A stretch of DNA of 64,000 bases from Syntrophales bacterium. GTDB lineage: Bacteria; Desulfobacterota; Syntrophia; Syntrophales; UBA2210. The translations under genes were made by a program, and so were the position numbers. Shown here piece after piece: positions 47,933 to 58,408 of this stretch; positions within the stretch are counted from its first letter, which is position 1, and every line of letters begins with the position of its first letter. The stretch covers positions 1,600,001-1,664,000 of the forward strand of contig CAXXNF010000002.1 in the NCBI GenBank assembly GCA_963666365.2, written 5' to 3'. The notes below the pieces were generated by a model, which did not search any database, had not been told where the DNA came from, and was given only the letters and a program-made list of their open reading frames with translations.

Positions 47933-48632
47933 GATCAGAGACGTCAATGTATTTTACGGCAATGCTCAGGCGCTGAAAGATGTGTCAATCGAAGTGAATG
48001 ACAAAGAAGTGGTGGCGATTCTGGGCGCCAACGGCGTAGGTAAAAGCACTCTTCTCAAGGCCATTTCCGGATTGGTGCGCCCCGCGTCGGGACGCATCGA
48101 ATTTCAAAGCAGGGAAATCAATCATCTCAGCCCGAATCAGATCGTTACCCTCGGCATCTCACAATGTCCCGAGGGGAGAAAACTCTTTCCGGAAATGTCG
48201 GTGTATAAAAATCTGATGCTTGGAGGGTACGTCTTCAGAAGGGACAAAAAAAAGATAGCCGAGATCATGACCACGATATTTGATCTTTTCCCTATATTGT
48301 ACGACCGGAAAGAACAGACGGCGGGCACGCTCTCAGGCGGCGAGCAACAGATGCTGGCCATCGGTCGCGCCTTGATGCCCAATCCCCTGCTTTTGCTTCT
48401 GGACGAAACATCACTTGGACTCGCACCTATTATGGTGGAACACCTTTTCACGGCGATAAAAAATATAAATGAACGGGGAATTACCGTTCTTCTGGTCGAA
48501 CAAAACGCTGCGAAGGCTCTGGAAGTGTCACAAAGAGTCTACGTGCTCGAATCGGGAAGCGTCGTCATATCCGATTCCAGCGACAACCTTCTGAATGATC
48601 CCAAAATCAAGGAGGCCTATCTGGGCATTTAA
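47925..48632 (+). CDS. livF: ABC ATP-binding protein
   Basis: GANGVGKST, PEGRKLF, LSGGEQQMLAIGRAL, LVEQN. Confidence 0.93.
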   Translation: MLKIRDVNVFYGNAQALKDVSIEVNDKEVVAILGANGVGKSTLLKAISGLVRPASGRIEFQSREINHLSPNQIVTLGISQCPEGRKLFPEMSVYKNLMLGGYVFRRDKKKIAEIMTTIFDLFPILYDRKEQTAGTLSGGEQQMLAIGRALMPNPLLLLLDETSLGLAPIMVEHLFTAIKNINERGITVLLVEQNAAKALEVSQRVYVLESGSVVISDSSDNLLNDPKIKEAYLGI

Positions 48633-48705
48633 AAAGGACATTCTCTGTAACCGGGATATTGCACAGGCACGGCAGTGAAGGCCGTGCCTGTCTGTGAGGA
48701 ACGCA

Positions 48706-49203
48706 TTACCCTTTATAGCCACGTTTCCCCCGCCTGCCTGCGGCAGCATTGTCCACCTCATCCTGCCATCCGTTTTTTGAGGTGACGATGTAATCGAATT
48801 TTGCGGTATAAGGCTTGATATCGATAAGCGGCGTACCATCCAATATATCCACGCCGTCGCAGTAAAGTTCGTTCCCTTCACAGTGTATCAGTTCCACGAT
48901 GCTCAGCCCGATACTGTTCGGCCGACAGGGCGCCCGCGTCGAAAACACCCCACGCACAACGTCCTGCAGGAAAGGCTTCACCAGCAACTTCACCGCTCCT
49001 CTCCTGTGAAACTGATAGAGAAGAAATATGTGGGAGAAACCTTCCAGATCGCGCAAACCTTCCACATACTCCGGAAAAACCTCAACCCTGCCCCTACACC
49101 CCCGGGCGTATACCGGCTGTATCGGCGTTTCTTCCGCTGCCGTATGCTCACTGTGGATCACACCGATAGGCCGGTACACTATGGGGTCACTCATAGCCGC
49201 CAT
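48706..49203 (-). CDS. tsaA: TsaA/TrmO-family SAM-binding protein (tRNA m6t6A37 methyltransferase-like)
   Basis: RPIGVIHS, LEGFSHI, GVFSTRAPCRPNSIGLS, DGTPLIDIKPY. Confidence 0.88.
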   Translation of the reverse strand: MAAMSDPIVYRPIGVIHSEHTAAEETPIQPVYARGCRGRVEVFPEYVEGLRDLEGFSHIFLLYQFHRRGAVKLLVKPFLQDVVRGVFSTRAPCRPNSIGLSIVELIHCEGNELYCDGVDILDGTPLIDIKPYTAKFDYIVTSKNGWQDEVDNAAAGRRGKRGYKG

Positions 49204-49220
49204 TCCCTTGCCGCATTTCG

Positions 49221-49616
49221 CTAGTCCTCCGAAGCGCCGGTTTCAAGCTCATCAAGACGCTTTCTGATCGAATCCAACTCCGACTGCAACACCTCGGCTT
49301 GACCTTTCAACGCCTGTTTCTCCATCTCCGGGGCGGGCGCACGCGAAGCTCCTTCCGGTCCGTAATAGGGCGCATCATATGCACCGAACGCTCCCCACCA
49401 TCCCGGTCGACCCGTGGCGTAGAACCGGTGACGCCATCCACGACCACCGCCAAAGCCGCTGCCCCAGAAGCCCCGACCCCAGCCGGCGCCTCTTCCGAAA
49501 CCACGTCCCGGCACTGCACTCATGAATCCGGGCGCTCCAAAACCCGCACAATAACCGGCTCCCCGTCCTGTCATCGGACCCATTCCTGCGGGTCCCGTTC
49601 TATCTCCTCTAGGCAT
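49221..49616 (-). CDS. DUF5320-type Gly/Arg-rich protein
   Basis: MPRGDRTGPAGMGPMTGRGAGYCAG, C-terminal coiled coil. Confidence 0.85.
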   Translation of the reverse strand: MPRGDRTGPAGMGPMTGRGAGYCAGFGAPGFMSAVPGRGFGRGAGWGRGFWGSGFGGGRGWRHRFYATGRPGWWGAFGAYDAPYYGPEGASRAPAPEMEKQALKGQAEVLQSELDSIRKRLDELETGASED

Positions 49617-49634
49617 ACTCACACCTCCTTGTTG

Positions 49635-50240
49635 TTATTCTCTTACCATCGTGGTCCCACACTGGGGACACCCGCGTTCCACACAGGGGACACCCCGCGC
49701 ATGCGGTTCCCTGTGTCCGCACTGAGGACACAGGCAATATCCTGACGGCCCCGCTCCGGCAGCGCCCCCCATACGTCCGGGCCCTCTGCCGCCGCGACCC
49801 TGACCGCGACCCCCTCCGGACCCGCCTGTTCCACTTCTTCTACCATTCATTTTCCATTCCTCCTGATACATCCCTTGCATACCTCGACCGCCTCTTCGCC
49901 GCCCCGCGATGCATCCCGGCATGGCAAAGGCGTTCCCCCGCAGTTTCCCTTGCAACCAGGCCTGCATCACCTGGCCCACATCACCTGCAATAAACGGCAC
50001 TACCTGTATACCATAGGCCGTAACCATCTCATGCACCGGACGGGAAATAGCACCGCATACCAGCACTCCCACACCCAGTTCCGCCAAGCGAAGCGCTTTC
50101 TGAACCGGAAGATCGTCCAGAAGCATCTCCTGACGCTCACTGATGACATGCCCCGAATCAACTTCAATGACCAGTACATGCTTGGCAACATCAAAGACCG
50201 GGGCAATGCGGTTTTCCCATCGGGCAAAGGCGGCTCTCAC
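49635..50240 (-). CDS. NifB/NifX-family (Fe-Mo cofactor-binding fold) protein with C-terminal Cys-rich domain
   Basis: RIAPVFD, LVCGAIS, MPGC; Gly-rich linker; YCLCPQCG..H..GVPC....CPQCG. Confidence 0.82.
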   Translation of the reverse strand: MRAAFARWENRIAPVFDVAKHVLVIEVDSGHVISERQEMLLDDLPVQKALRLAELGVGVLVCGAISRPVHEMVTAYGIQVVPFIAGDVGQVMQAWLQGKLRGNAFAMPGCIAGRRRGGRGMQGMYQEEWKMNGRRSGTGGSGGGRGQGRGGRGPGRMGGAAGAGPSGYCLCPQCGHREPHARGVPCVERGCPQCGTTMVRE

Positions 50241-50278
50241 GTGCGCATGTCCTTTATATGTGTTCTGACTTTATGAAA

Positions 50279-50294
50279 AGCAATAGACGTGCCA
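50279..50294 (-). promoter_or_regulatory. sigma54 (-24/-12) promoter of the nifX-like operon
   Basis: TGGCACGTCTATTGCT; matches the consensus. Confidence 0.88.
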
Positions 50295-50380
50295 TACCAT
50301 TCACTCATCGAGACAAGAATATAATAAATTGATATCACTATATTTATCAGCATATAATGCAATGCCGAATAATTAGAAAA

Positions 50381-50396
50381 GTCGCATATAAGCGAC
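50381..50396. promoter_or_regulatory. Candidate upstream activator sequence
   Basis: GTCGC-ATATAA-GCGAC palindrome about 90 bp upstream of the -24 box, separated by AT-rich DNA. Confidence 0.55.
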
Positions 50397-50419
50397 TCAA
50401 TACACTGATTTTGAGTGCA

Positions 50420-51829
50420 TTATTGCTTCTTTTTTCCTGATTTTGAGGAACGGCCGTCTTGACGGGGAGGAACAATTCCCAGTTTTTTTATCTTTCTGAA
50501 AAGCGTCGATTTATGAATGCCCAGCTCTTTTGCTGCAGCCAGACGGTTAGACTGATGCCGTTCCAGCGCAGCTCTAATAACCTGCGCATCGAGAAGGTCA
50601 TGGGCGGACCGCACGTCCGAACGAGCACCGGCGGAAACACCTTGCAGCGTCAATTCCTCAGGCAGATGATGCAGTCCGACAAACCCATCCCGGCAGAGAA
50701 TGAATGCCCGTTCTATGACATTCTCAAGCTCTCTGACATTTCCCGGCCAGTCGTGCGCCATGAGGAGCGACAGTGCTTCGGCGTCGATGCCTTGAATGGC
50801 TTTTCGCTGCAGCCGGTTAAATCTGTCTATAAACTGTTCGGCCAGCAGCGGAATGTCTTCCTTTCGCTTTCTCAGGGGTGGCAATTCCACACGCACCACA
50901 TTTATCCGGTAGTAGAGATCTTCCCGAAAGGCGCCCTTGCGCATTTCGGCGGCCAGATCCTTATTGGTGGCCACGATCACCCGCACGTCGGCGGTCTCCG
51001 AACGTGTACTTCCGAGCGGCTCATAGATCCTGTCCTGCAGGACTCGCAGAAGCCGCACCTGAAGGGCCTGGCTCACCTCGCCTATCTCATCGAGGAAAAT
51101 CGTGCCCCCTTTTGCAAGGGAGAATCGTCCCGGCTTATCTTTATTCGCCCCGGTGAAGGCGCCGGCCTTGTAGCCGAACAGTTCCGATTCCAGCAGGGTG
51201 TCCGGCAGCGCGCCACAGTTCACTGCGACAAACGCACCCTTGCGGCGCGGACTCAGGCTGTGAATTGTCCGGGCCATCAGTTCCTTGCCGGTACCGGTGT
51301 CTCCGAGTATCAGCACCGTACTCGGACTGGCGGCAATGGCGGGAAGCACCTCAAAGACTTTCTGCATCAGCGGACTTCTACTCGCGAGATCGCCGACCCT
51401 GAATTTACCCTCCAGCTCACTGCGCAGGGCCTCTACCTCGGAAAGATCTCGGAAAGTCTCTGCGCCGCCGATCATGGCGCCCTCTGCATCTTTCAGCACT
51501 GCCGTGGATACACTGATGGGAATGCGCTTTCCGCCGGCATCGACAATATATCCCGATTTACCCACAACGGGCTTTCCCGTTTTCAGCGTCTGTTGCAGAG
51601 CGCATTGATCGCCGCACATGCTTGAACGAAACACCTCGGAACAGCGCCTGCCGAGCGCTTCTTTCACCGGCACACCGGTAATCTCCTGAGCGGCCCGATT
51701 GAAGGACGTAATATTCCAGTCCGAATCGACCGTAAAGACACCATCGGAAATGCTTTCGAGAATCGCCTCCGTCGGCGAGAATGGCACACTGTTTTTTTTA
51801 TCTTTTTTTGAAACTGTTTTTTTTGACAT
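50420..51829 (-). CDS. PAS-domain sigma54 activator, OrpR-like
   Basis: PAS with C-x8-C-x3-C (CSEVFRSSMCGDQC), GDTGTGKE, GAFTGA, WPGNVRELEN, Fis HTH. Confidence 0.9.
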   Translation of the reverse strand: MSKKTVSKKDKKNSVPFSPTEAILESISDGVFTVDSDWNITSFNRAAQEITGVPVKEALGRRCSEVFRSSMCGDQCALQQTLKTGKPVVGKSGYIVDAGGKRIPISVSTAVLKDAEGAMIGGAETFRDLSEVEALRSELEGKFRVGDLASRSPLMQKVFEVLPAIAASPSTVLILGDTGTGKELMARTIHSLSPRRKGAFVAVNCGALPDTLLESELFGYKAGAFTGANKDKPGRFSLAKGGTIFLDEIGEVSQALQVRLLRVLQDRIYEPLGSTRSETADVRVIVATNKDLAAEMRKGAFREDLYYRINVVRVELPPLRKRKEDIPLLAEQFIDRFNRLQRKAIQGIDAEALSLLMAHDWPGNVRELENVIERAFILCRDGFVGLHHLPEELTLQGVSAGARSDVRSAHDLLDAQVIRAALERHQSNRLAAAKELGIHKSTLFRKIKKLGIVPPRQDGRSSKSGKKKQ

Positions 51830-51978
51830 GAACGCCCCTTAACCGCAACTCCGGCGCGTGGTAGGTCGCACTTCACAGGCACTTTGAAAATCACTGAACT
51901 GTGCATTTTTTACCACAGCGACCGATTCCGCGCAATCTGTTTTCCAAATCGGCTATCGGAGCTCAATAAATGAAAGAC

Positions 51979-53238
51979 TTATTGGGATCCCGATGAACGG
52001 CTGTCTCTATCATTCTGCCATGGCGATCGCAACAGGACGGTCAGCACGATGCCTGCAACGGAAAGGAACGCACAGACAATGAAGGCGGTTCTATAGCTTT
52101 CCGATAGATCAAAAATATAACCGGTCAGCCACGGACCAAGCGCGCCCCCCAGGGCAAATCCGCAAGAGATGAGCCCCAGAATGGCCCCGTGCTCCTTCAG
52201 GCCGAACAGAAAGGCCACCAGGGGCGATTCCGCAGTCACTCCCCCACCATAGGCGATGCCGAAAAGCGCGGCAAAAAAATAGAGCGCCCACGCGCTCCGT
52301 GCGCCGACCAGCAGCATCAGTGCCCCCGCCATAAGGATCAATCCCACGAGAAATATGGTCCTGCTCCCGAACACATCGGCGAGTCTTCCCAGAAGAAGTT
52401 TCCCCGCTATACTGAACCCTCCTATAATGGCGAGGATGCGTGCCGCCCTTGCAGGTGAAAAGCCAAGTTCCATGGCATGGGGGGCGGCATGAACCATCAC
52501 CGAAAACACAGAATAACCGAAACAGATGATCATGGTGAAGTAGAGCCAGAAACGCACGGTGTGCAGGACTTCTCTTCTCATAAGACCTTCCAGTTGCACA
52601 TCGAAATCTCTCACGACAGCGGAGTGAGTCGCTCCGTCGGCGCACTGGCCCGTTTCTGAAGGATCACGCCTGAGAAACTGCGCTGCAAGCAAAACCACTC
52701 CAAGCAGCACTCCCCCAAGGATGACATAGGAAGTCCGCCATCCATAGAGTGTGATAAGACGATGGGCCAGCGGCGGCCCCACCACGGCGCCGATGCCGAT
52801 TGCCGCTGCGATCACGCCCGTCATCATACCTCTTTTACGCTCAAACCAGCGGACTACCGTGGACATGAGGGGCACAAATCCTCCGACCATGCCGGTCCCC
52901 ACGATAAGCCCGTAAAAAAGATAGAGCTGCCACGTGCTGTGCACCATGGACATCAGCATGTACCCGACGCCCAAACATATCCCCGACATGGACATCACGA
53001 AGCGCGGGCCATAGCGGTCGTTCATCCTGCCCACGGCAATCCCCGTCACGCCCATGATCACGGACGAAAGCGAAAAGGCGCCCGAGATCGACGCACGGGA
53101 CCAGCCGAATTCATCGAGCATGGGCTTAAAAAAAACGCCGAAGGAATAGTAGATCCCCCACAGCGCGATCATGATCACCGAGGCGGCGCCGATAATTACA
53201 TAGCCGTAAAATATTTTTGGTTGACGGTGTTGTTTCAT
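51979..53238 (-). CDS. MFS transporter (OFA/monocarboxylate-like)
   Basis: FYGYVII, SFGVFFKP, GRMNDRYGPR, GRLADVFG; about 12 TM segments. Confidence 0.9.
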   Translation of the reverse strand: MKQHRQPKIFYGYVIIGAASVIMIALWGIYYSFGVFFKPMLDEFGWSRASISGAFSLSSVIMGVTGIAVGRMNDRYGPRFVMSMSGICLGVGYMLMSMVHSTWQLYLFYGLIVGTGMVGGFVPLMSTVVRWFERKRGMMTGVIAAAIGIGAVVGPPLAHRLITLYGWRTSYVILGGVLLGVVLLAAQFLRRDPSETGQCADGATHSAVVRDFDVQLEGLMRREVLHTVRFWLYFTMIICFGYSVFSVMVHAAPHAMELGFSPARAARILAIIGGFSIAGKLLLGRLADVFGSRTIFLVGLILMAGALMLLVGARSAWALYFFAALFGIAYGGGVTAESPLVAFLFGLKEHGAILGLISCGFALGGALGPWLTGYIFDLSESYRTAFIVCAFLSVAGIVLTVLLRSPWQNDRDSRSSGSQ

Positions 53239-53568
53239 ATAGTTGGGTAGATATGTACCATTTATTACATACAAATGCGACTTTATTCAGCACTTTCGCG
53301 TTTCAGGAAACATGGAAACCGCTGATCGACGCCATGGCGGAAATCGGATTTTTCGGGTACTGCCCCTGCACTGCCGATTCTTTTATTTTCAATTTTGCCC
53401 ACATTCCCACAAATAGCTTGATTTCGACAAAAAAAATGTTATTATCCCGAATTAACAATGCTCTGCCTGCCAAGCGGAACGATTTTTTTCTGAAGGAACA
53501 CGTCAGGTGTGCCTGAACATCCTCCAGTTTAAAATCTTGTTATCAAATCATTAAAGGAGGATGTGCTC

Positions 53569-53769
53569 ATGGCAAACGGTACCGTAAAGTGGTTCAATGA
53601 CAAAAAAGGATTCGGCTTCATCGAGCAGGAAGGCGGACCTGATGTGTTCGTGCACCACTCGGCAATCAACGCAAGCGGTTTTAAAAGCCTGAAGGAAGGC
53701 GACAAGGTTTCTTTCGAGATCGAGCAGGGGCAAAAGGGTCCCTCTGCAGTCAATGTGACGGTAAAATAA
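53569..53769 (+). CDS. Cold-shock protein (CspA family)
   Basis: [33 protein letters not shown]. Confidence 0.97.
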   Translation: MANGTVKWFNDKKGFGFIEQEGGPDVFVHHSAINASGFKSLKEGDKVSFEIEQGQKGPSAVNVTVK

Positions 53770-53782
53770 TCGTTTTTTTTCG

Positions 53783-53824
53783 AAAGGTCTCTCCCTTTGC
53801 AGGAAGGGGGAGCCTTTTGTTTTT
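53783..53824 (+). terminator. Probable intrinsic terminator
   Basis: AAAGGTCTCTCCCTT...AAGGGGGAGCCTTT imperfect stem followed by a T-rich tail. Confidence 0.6.
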
Positions 53825-53931
53825 CAGGCATCATCTCCAAGGAGCTCGAATATCCCCACCTGCAGTATACCGCAGGGGCGGTAATGTTCTGAGCTGCACC
53901 CTTTTTCGAATATACAAGAAAGGATTATAAA

Positions 53932-54216
53932 ATGAATATTTATATAGGTAACTTATCCTTCAGCACCTCGGAAGAATCATTAAAAAAACTGTTCGACGAG
54001 TTCGGAAACGTCGAAACGGCGAAGTTGATTAAAGACAACTACACCGGCAGGTCGAAGGGGTTCGGATTTGTTGAAATGCCCGACAATTCAGAGGCGGATA
54101 AGGCGATCAAAGCCCTCAACGGAAAGCTGATAGACGGGAAAAATATCAAAGTGAACCAGGCAGACTCCGGCAGCAAGAAAAAATCAAAAAAAACGTTTAA
54201 AAGAAGGAGTTACTGA
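53932..54216 (+). CDS. RRM-domain RNA-binding protein
   Basis: IYIGNL (RNP2), RSKGFGFVEM (RNP1). Confidence 0.95.
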   Translation: MNIYIGNLSFSTSEESLKKLFDEFGNVETAKLIKDNYTGRSKGFGFVEMPDNSEADKAIKALNGKLIDGKNIKVNQADSGSKKKSKKTFKRRSY

Positions 54217-54388
54217 ATATCGTCGACATTCACGCATGGCACATGCCATGCAATAGTTCCGTCAGGGAACGCGCCGTTTTCCCCCCGCTTTTTTTCATCG
54301 AGCAGACACCCCTTGACGGCTGACTCCCGCAGCGCCACAGCGCATTTCCCGCATACGATTATTTTATGCTGCACGCGTTCACGCCTCA

Positions 54389-54859
54389 TCATGATTCCAA
54401 AGCTTCCCGCACTTTCACCTCCAGGGTACGGCTGGAAAAGGGTTTCTGGATGAAATTCAATCCCTCATCCAGCACACCCCGGTGAGCGATGACGTTTGCC
54501 CTATAGCCGGACATGAAAAGAACCTTGAGCTTGCCCACCCCGCCGATGGCATCCCGGGCATTGCCACACAGATTGGCCAGGAGCTGGTCGAGTTGGGCGG
54601 GGTCCACGAAAACCGGCATGCGGCCGGTCCCGGACCGTCAGAACAGGTCGATGTCCTCGCCGATGAGCCGGCGCAGCATTTTGAGCATCCCTTCCACGGT
54701 TTTATTCAGTTCTATCACCTTGGGATCAATGGTCTGCCTGCCGGCAAAGGCCAGTAACTGACGGGTGATGTCCGCAGAACGCCGGGCTGCGTTGAGAACT
54801 TCCTCCAGATCCTCGCGCAGCCTGGCGTCCGGTGTCATCTTCCGCAGGGCGCAGAACAA
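54389..54859 (-). pseudogene. Hybrid histidine kinase remnant
   Basis: ITRQLLAFA...MLRRLIGEDID, TGA in place of Trp, then HATPase start fused directly to receiver end ([18 protein letters not shown]). Confidence 0.85.
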
Positions 54860-55053
54860 AAAAAATAGAAAACCGTCCTGCGATTCATTCAGAAGAAATC
54901 CGCTGACGGCATCCGCCGGGCCTGCGGTCCTTCGCCTTCCAGAAATTATCTGTGGGCACAGGTTTCGTCAATATCGTCAATAAAAAAATTAAAGATCTCT
55001 CACTGCAAATGTGCTACAAGGCTTCTAATTATATAATTGCCAAGTGATTATTT

Positions 55054-55662
55054 ATGAACAAAATCCTCATTCTCTTTGCCCACCCGCGGTTTGAAAAATC
55101 AAAAATCAATCGCGCTCTGCTTGCGAATATCGGACAGATGCACGAAGTTTCACTGCACGATCTGTACGAGGAATACCCCGATTTCAATGTCGATATCGAA
55201 CGTGAAAAAGAATTGCTGCGGGCACAGGACATCATTGCCTGGCATCACCCTTTTTACCTGTACAGTGCGCCGGCACTGCTCAAACAATGGATGGACATGG
55301 TACTGGAACACGGGTGGGCGCACGGAAGCCGCGGAAATAATCTTAAGGATAAACTAATCTTCAATGTGCTTACCATCGGAGGAACCAGAGAAGCCTACAC
55401 TGCCCAGGGCCACAACAAATTTACCATCGGAGAATTTCTCACCCCCTTTGAGCAGACCGCCAATCTGTGCAAAATGACATACCTGCCGCCCTTTGCCGTC
55501 CACGGCACCCACCTTTTAACCGAAAACGATCTGGCCGGTTATGCCCGCCTTTATGAGACGCTTTTAGAGAGGCTTGCCCAGGGCGCATTTGAAGTTGAAA
55601 CAATCCGAAACTATGCGTACCTCAACGATTGGCTCGCTGAAGAAACGGGGACAACTTTATGA
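55054..55662 (+). CDS. KefF/KefG-type NAD(P)H-dependent flavodoxin-fold ancillary protein
   Basis: ILFAHP, HDLYEEYPDF, PFYLYSAPALLKQWMD, PFEQTANLC; overlaps the kef gene. Confidence 0.92.
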   Translation: MNKILILFAHPRFEKSKINRALLANIGQMHEVSLHDLYEEYPDFNVDIEREKELLRAQDIIAWHHPFYLYSAPALLKQWMDMVLEHGWAHGSRGNNLKDKLIFNVLTIGGTREAYTAQGHNKFTIGEFLTPFEQTANLCKMTYLPPFAVHGTHLLTENDLAGYARLYETLLERLAQGAFEVETIRNYAYLNDWLAEETGTTL

Positions 55663-57539
55663 GCGCCTCATTCTTGCACGACGCGGTACTGTACCTGGCT
55701 GCTGCCGTATTTTTCGTCCCGGTCGCCAAAAGGCTGGGAATGGGCTCCGTATTGGGATATCTGATAGGCGGCATCATCATCGGACCTTTTTTTCTGGGTT
55801 TTGTCGGCGAAGAGGGAAAAGACATCATGCACTTTGCCGAATTCGGCGTGGTAATGATGCTTTTTCTCATCGGGTTGGAACTGGAGCCGACCGCGTTCTG
55901 GCGGATGCGCAAAATTATCTTCGGCACAGGCATACTGCAGATGGGCGCGACCACCCTTTTATGCTTTGCGGCCTTATTATTACTGGACTTTCCCTGGCAG
56001 GCGGCCTTAGCCTGCGGGCTGGCTCTCTCCATGTCTTCCACGGCAATTGTAATGCAAACGCTCCGGGAAAAGGGACTTACCAAAACGCAATCAGGCCGGA
56101 GCTCCTTTGCCGTGCTCCTTTTTCAGGACATTGCGGTAATCCCCATTCTGGCCCTCCTGCCGCTTCTTGCCTCGTCAGGGATCCCCGTGTCTTCAGCAGG
56201 GCATGCGTCGTCGTTAACGGAAGGATTGCCCGGATGGGCTCAGACCCTCGTTCTGCTGGCTGCCGCAAACGCGGTAGTCCTTGCCGGCAGATTCCTGTTT
56301 GTACCTTTTTTGCGCTTTATCGCCCGTATACGTCTGCGGGAGTTATTCACGGCGGCGGCATTGCTGATCGTTATCGCCACGGCCGATCTGATGACCATCG
56401 TGGGCCTGAGCCCCGCGCTGGGAACATTTCTTGCGGGTGTGGTTCTGGCAAACAGCGAATTCCGCCACGAATTGGAAAGCGACATCGAACCATTTAAGGG
56501 GGTGCTGCTCGGATTGTTTTTCATTGCTGTCGGGGCCTCCATAAATTTCACGTTAATTCTCGCGAATCCATTCACCGTTGCCCTTCTGGTTTTCGGTCTC
56601 ATGGCAATTAAGGCAACGGTTCTTTTCACCACCGGTAAATTCTCGCGCCTCAGTTTTGACCAGAATATGATTTTCACTTTGGGATTGTCGCAAGTAGGAG
56701 AATTCGCTTTTGTTCTTTTCGCATTCATATCACAGCTCAAAATACTCTCGGCCCATTGGACGGACATGATGATGGGTGCGACCGCCATCAGCATGACGGT
56801 GACGCCGCTTCTTTTACTGGTCAATGACCGTCTTGTGCTGCCCAGGTTTGGCACAAAAGAATCGGCCGACGAAAAAGAAGCTGATATAATTGACGCACGC
56901 GACCCGGTAATAATCGTGGGATTTGGTCACTTCGGCAGCACCGTCGGCCGTTTTCTCCGTGCCAACGGCGTAAATGCCGTTATTTTGGACAACGATTCCG
57001 ACCGGGTGGATCTTTTAAGGAAAATGGGGTGTAACGTCCACTACGGTGATGCCACGCGCGTAGACATCCTGAAAAGCGCGGGGGCTGCTGAGGCTCAACT
57101 GCTTATTGCCGCCATCGATTCGCCGGAAACAAATTTTTTCCTTGTGAATACAATAAAAAAGGAGTTTCCTCACCTGAAAATCATGGTCCGGGCAAAAAGC
57201 AGAACGGACGCCTACGAACTGATCGACGCGGGCGTGGAAAACATTTACCGCGAATCGCTCGATACATCGGTGCGCCTTGGCATTGACGCGCTGGTTGCGC
57301 TTGGTTTTCGTAAATACAGCGCCACCCGTGCGGGTCAAAACTTTATCAAATATGACGAGGCGGCATTGAAAAAACTGGCAGCCCATCGTCACGATCAGGA
57401 TGCCTATATCTTCAATTCTCGCGAGCAGATTGAGCTTCAGGAACAATTGCTGACCAGCGACCGAGAAGCGAGTCCCAATCTTAACGATCACGCCTGGGAC
57501 AGCGAATCGTTAAAGAAAAATATTTCAAAAGAACCATAG
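55659..57539 (+). CDS. KefB/KefC-type K+/H+ antiporter
   Basis: AEFGVVMMLFLIGLEL, LLFQD, RHELESDIEPFKGVLLGLFF, GFGHFG, YGDATR. Confidence 0.93.
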   Translation: MSASFLHDAVLYLAAAVFFVPVAKRLGMGSVLGYLIGGIIIGPFFLGFVGEEGKDIMHFAEFGVVMMLFLIGLELEPTAFWRMRKIIFGTGILQMGATTLLCFAALLLLDFPWQAALACGLALSMSSTAIVMQTLREKGLTKTQSGRSSFAVLLFQDIAVIPILALLPLLASSGIPVSSAGHASSLTEGLPGWAQTLVLLAAANAVVLAGRFLFVPFLRFIARIRLRELFTAAALLIVIATADLMTIVGLSPALGTFLAGVVLANSEFRHELESDIEPFKGVLLGLFFIAVGASINFTLILANPFTVALLVFGLMAIKATVLFTTGKFSRLSFDQNMIFTLGLSQVGEFAFVLFAFISQLKILSAHWTDMMMGATAISMTVTPLLLLVNDRLVLPRFGTKESADEKEADIIDARDPVIIVGFGHFGSTVGRFLRANGVNAVILDNDSDRVDLLRKMGCNVHYGDATRVDILKSAGAAEAQLLIAAIDSPETNFFLVNTIKKEFPHLKIMVRAKSRTDAYELIDAGVENIYRESLDTSVRLGIDALVALGFRKYSATRAGQNFIKYDEAALKKLAAHRHDQDAYIFNSREQIELQEQLLTSDREASPNLNDHAWDSESLKKNISKEP

Positions 57540-57542
57540 TTG

Positions 57543-58010
57543 CTAATTGTCCTCGAAATCATCCTCGTCACCAGGATATTGCGGTGGAGCTTCACCAACA
57601 GCCTTGATAAGTCTTACCCTTTTTCTATTATTTTCAATCTCTATAACCTTTTCCACGCGAATGCGATGCCACCAATCATCACCAAAGTCAAACAAGTAGT
57701 GAAAAACATCCCTTTCAGCCAAATTAGCGCTACCTATTTTAGTGTTTGAAGCTGATTTTTTCTTTTTCCCGTATCCCATCATACCTTCAGTATTGTGAGG
57801 ATGGGTAATTTCCGGAGCATTTATTATAGATCTCATACTTTGAGTATCCGCTTTTGTCACATAGAATGAATATAAATGCGGATCATATCGATTAAAGGCA
57901 TTAAATATAGCCTTATGCAAATCATCAAATGTGCAATTCTCGCTGACTTCAATTATTCTGTACAATTTTGGAATGCCGATTATTGATACTTTCAATTCGT
58001 AATTCTTCAT
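57543..58010 (-). CDS. Plasmid pRiA4b ORF-3 family protein
   Basis: TFDDLHKAI, HLYSF, YLFDFGDDWWH; AT-rich. Confidence 0.85.
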   Translation of the reverse strand: MKNYELKVSIIGIPKLYRIIEVSENCTFDDLHKAIFNAFNRYDPHLYSFYVTKADTQSMRSIINAPEITHPHNTEGMMGYGKKKKSASNTKIGSANLAERDVFHYLFDFGDDWWHRIRVEKVIEIENNRKRVRLIKAVGEAPPQYPGDEDDFEDN

Positions 58011-58408
58011 ACCGCGATCCTTTTCACGCCCTTAAAAGTCGGCTTTTAATTTAAAAAAACCCTGCCTCTCTTATCGAAAATAGTGCTTATGCCTTCAAAT
58101 CACATTTTCCTCTGCGCTATGAAGGTTTCAGTATGTATGTAATCTGATGAAATTGAAGAAATACTTAGAATTTAACTAATCCCACATTCAAGGTTTGTCA
58201 AGCTTTCAAACTATTTTTCCAATCACGATCAACCGGGTCTCTATTACTTCCCTGCCGGTATGCCGGTACATCGATGGTATGTACATGCGGCGGCTTCAAC
58301 TCCACTTTTTGTTGCGGGATCGAACTACAGGGTTTACTATCACTCAATGAAGATGTTTTTATACTGTCAGAACAGGCATTTACGTCGTGGATATTTGAAC
58401 AGGACGAG

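Noticed and set aside
49635..50240. Nitrogen fixation gene cluster
   Set aside because: Only a NifX-like fold protein; no nifHDK/ENB in the window, and the context is Orp-like
50459..51625. 388-aa plus-strand ORF
   Set aside because: Antisense shadow of the sigma54 activator
54638..54640. In-frame TGA in the kinase remnant as selenocysteine
   Set aside because: Aligns with Trp in the paralog (DIDFSW) and the gene has other lesions, so it is a nonsense mutation
54860..55053. c-di-AMP riboswitch upstream of the K+ efflux genes
   Set aside because: No conserved ydaO-type motifs recognisable
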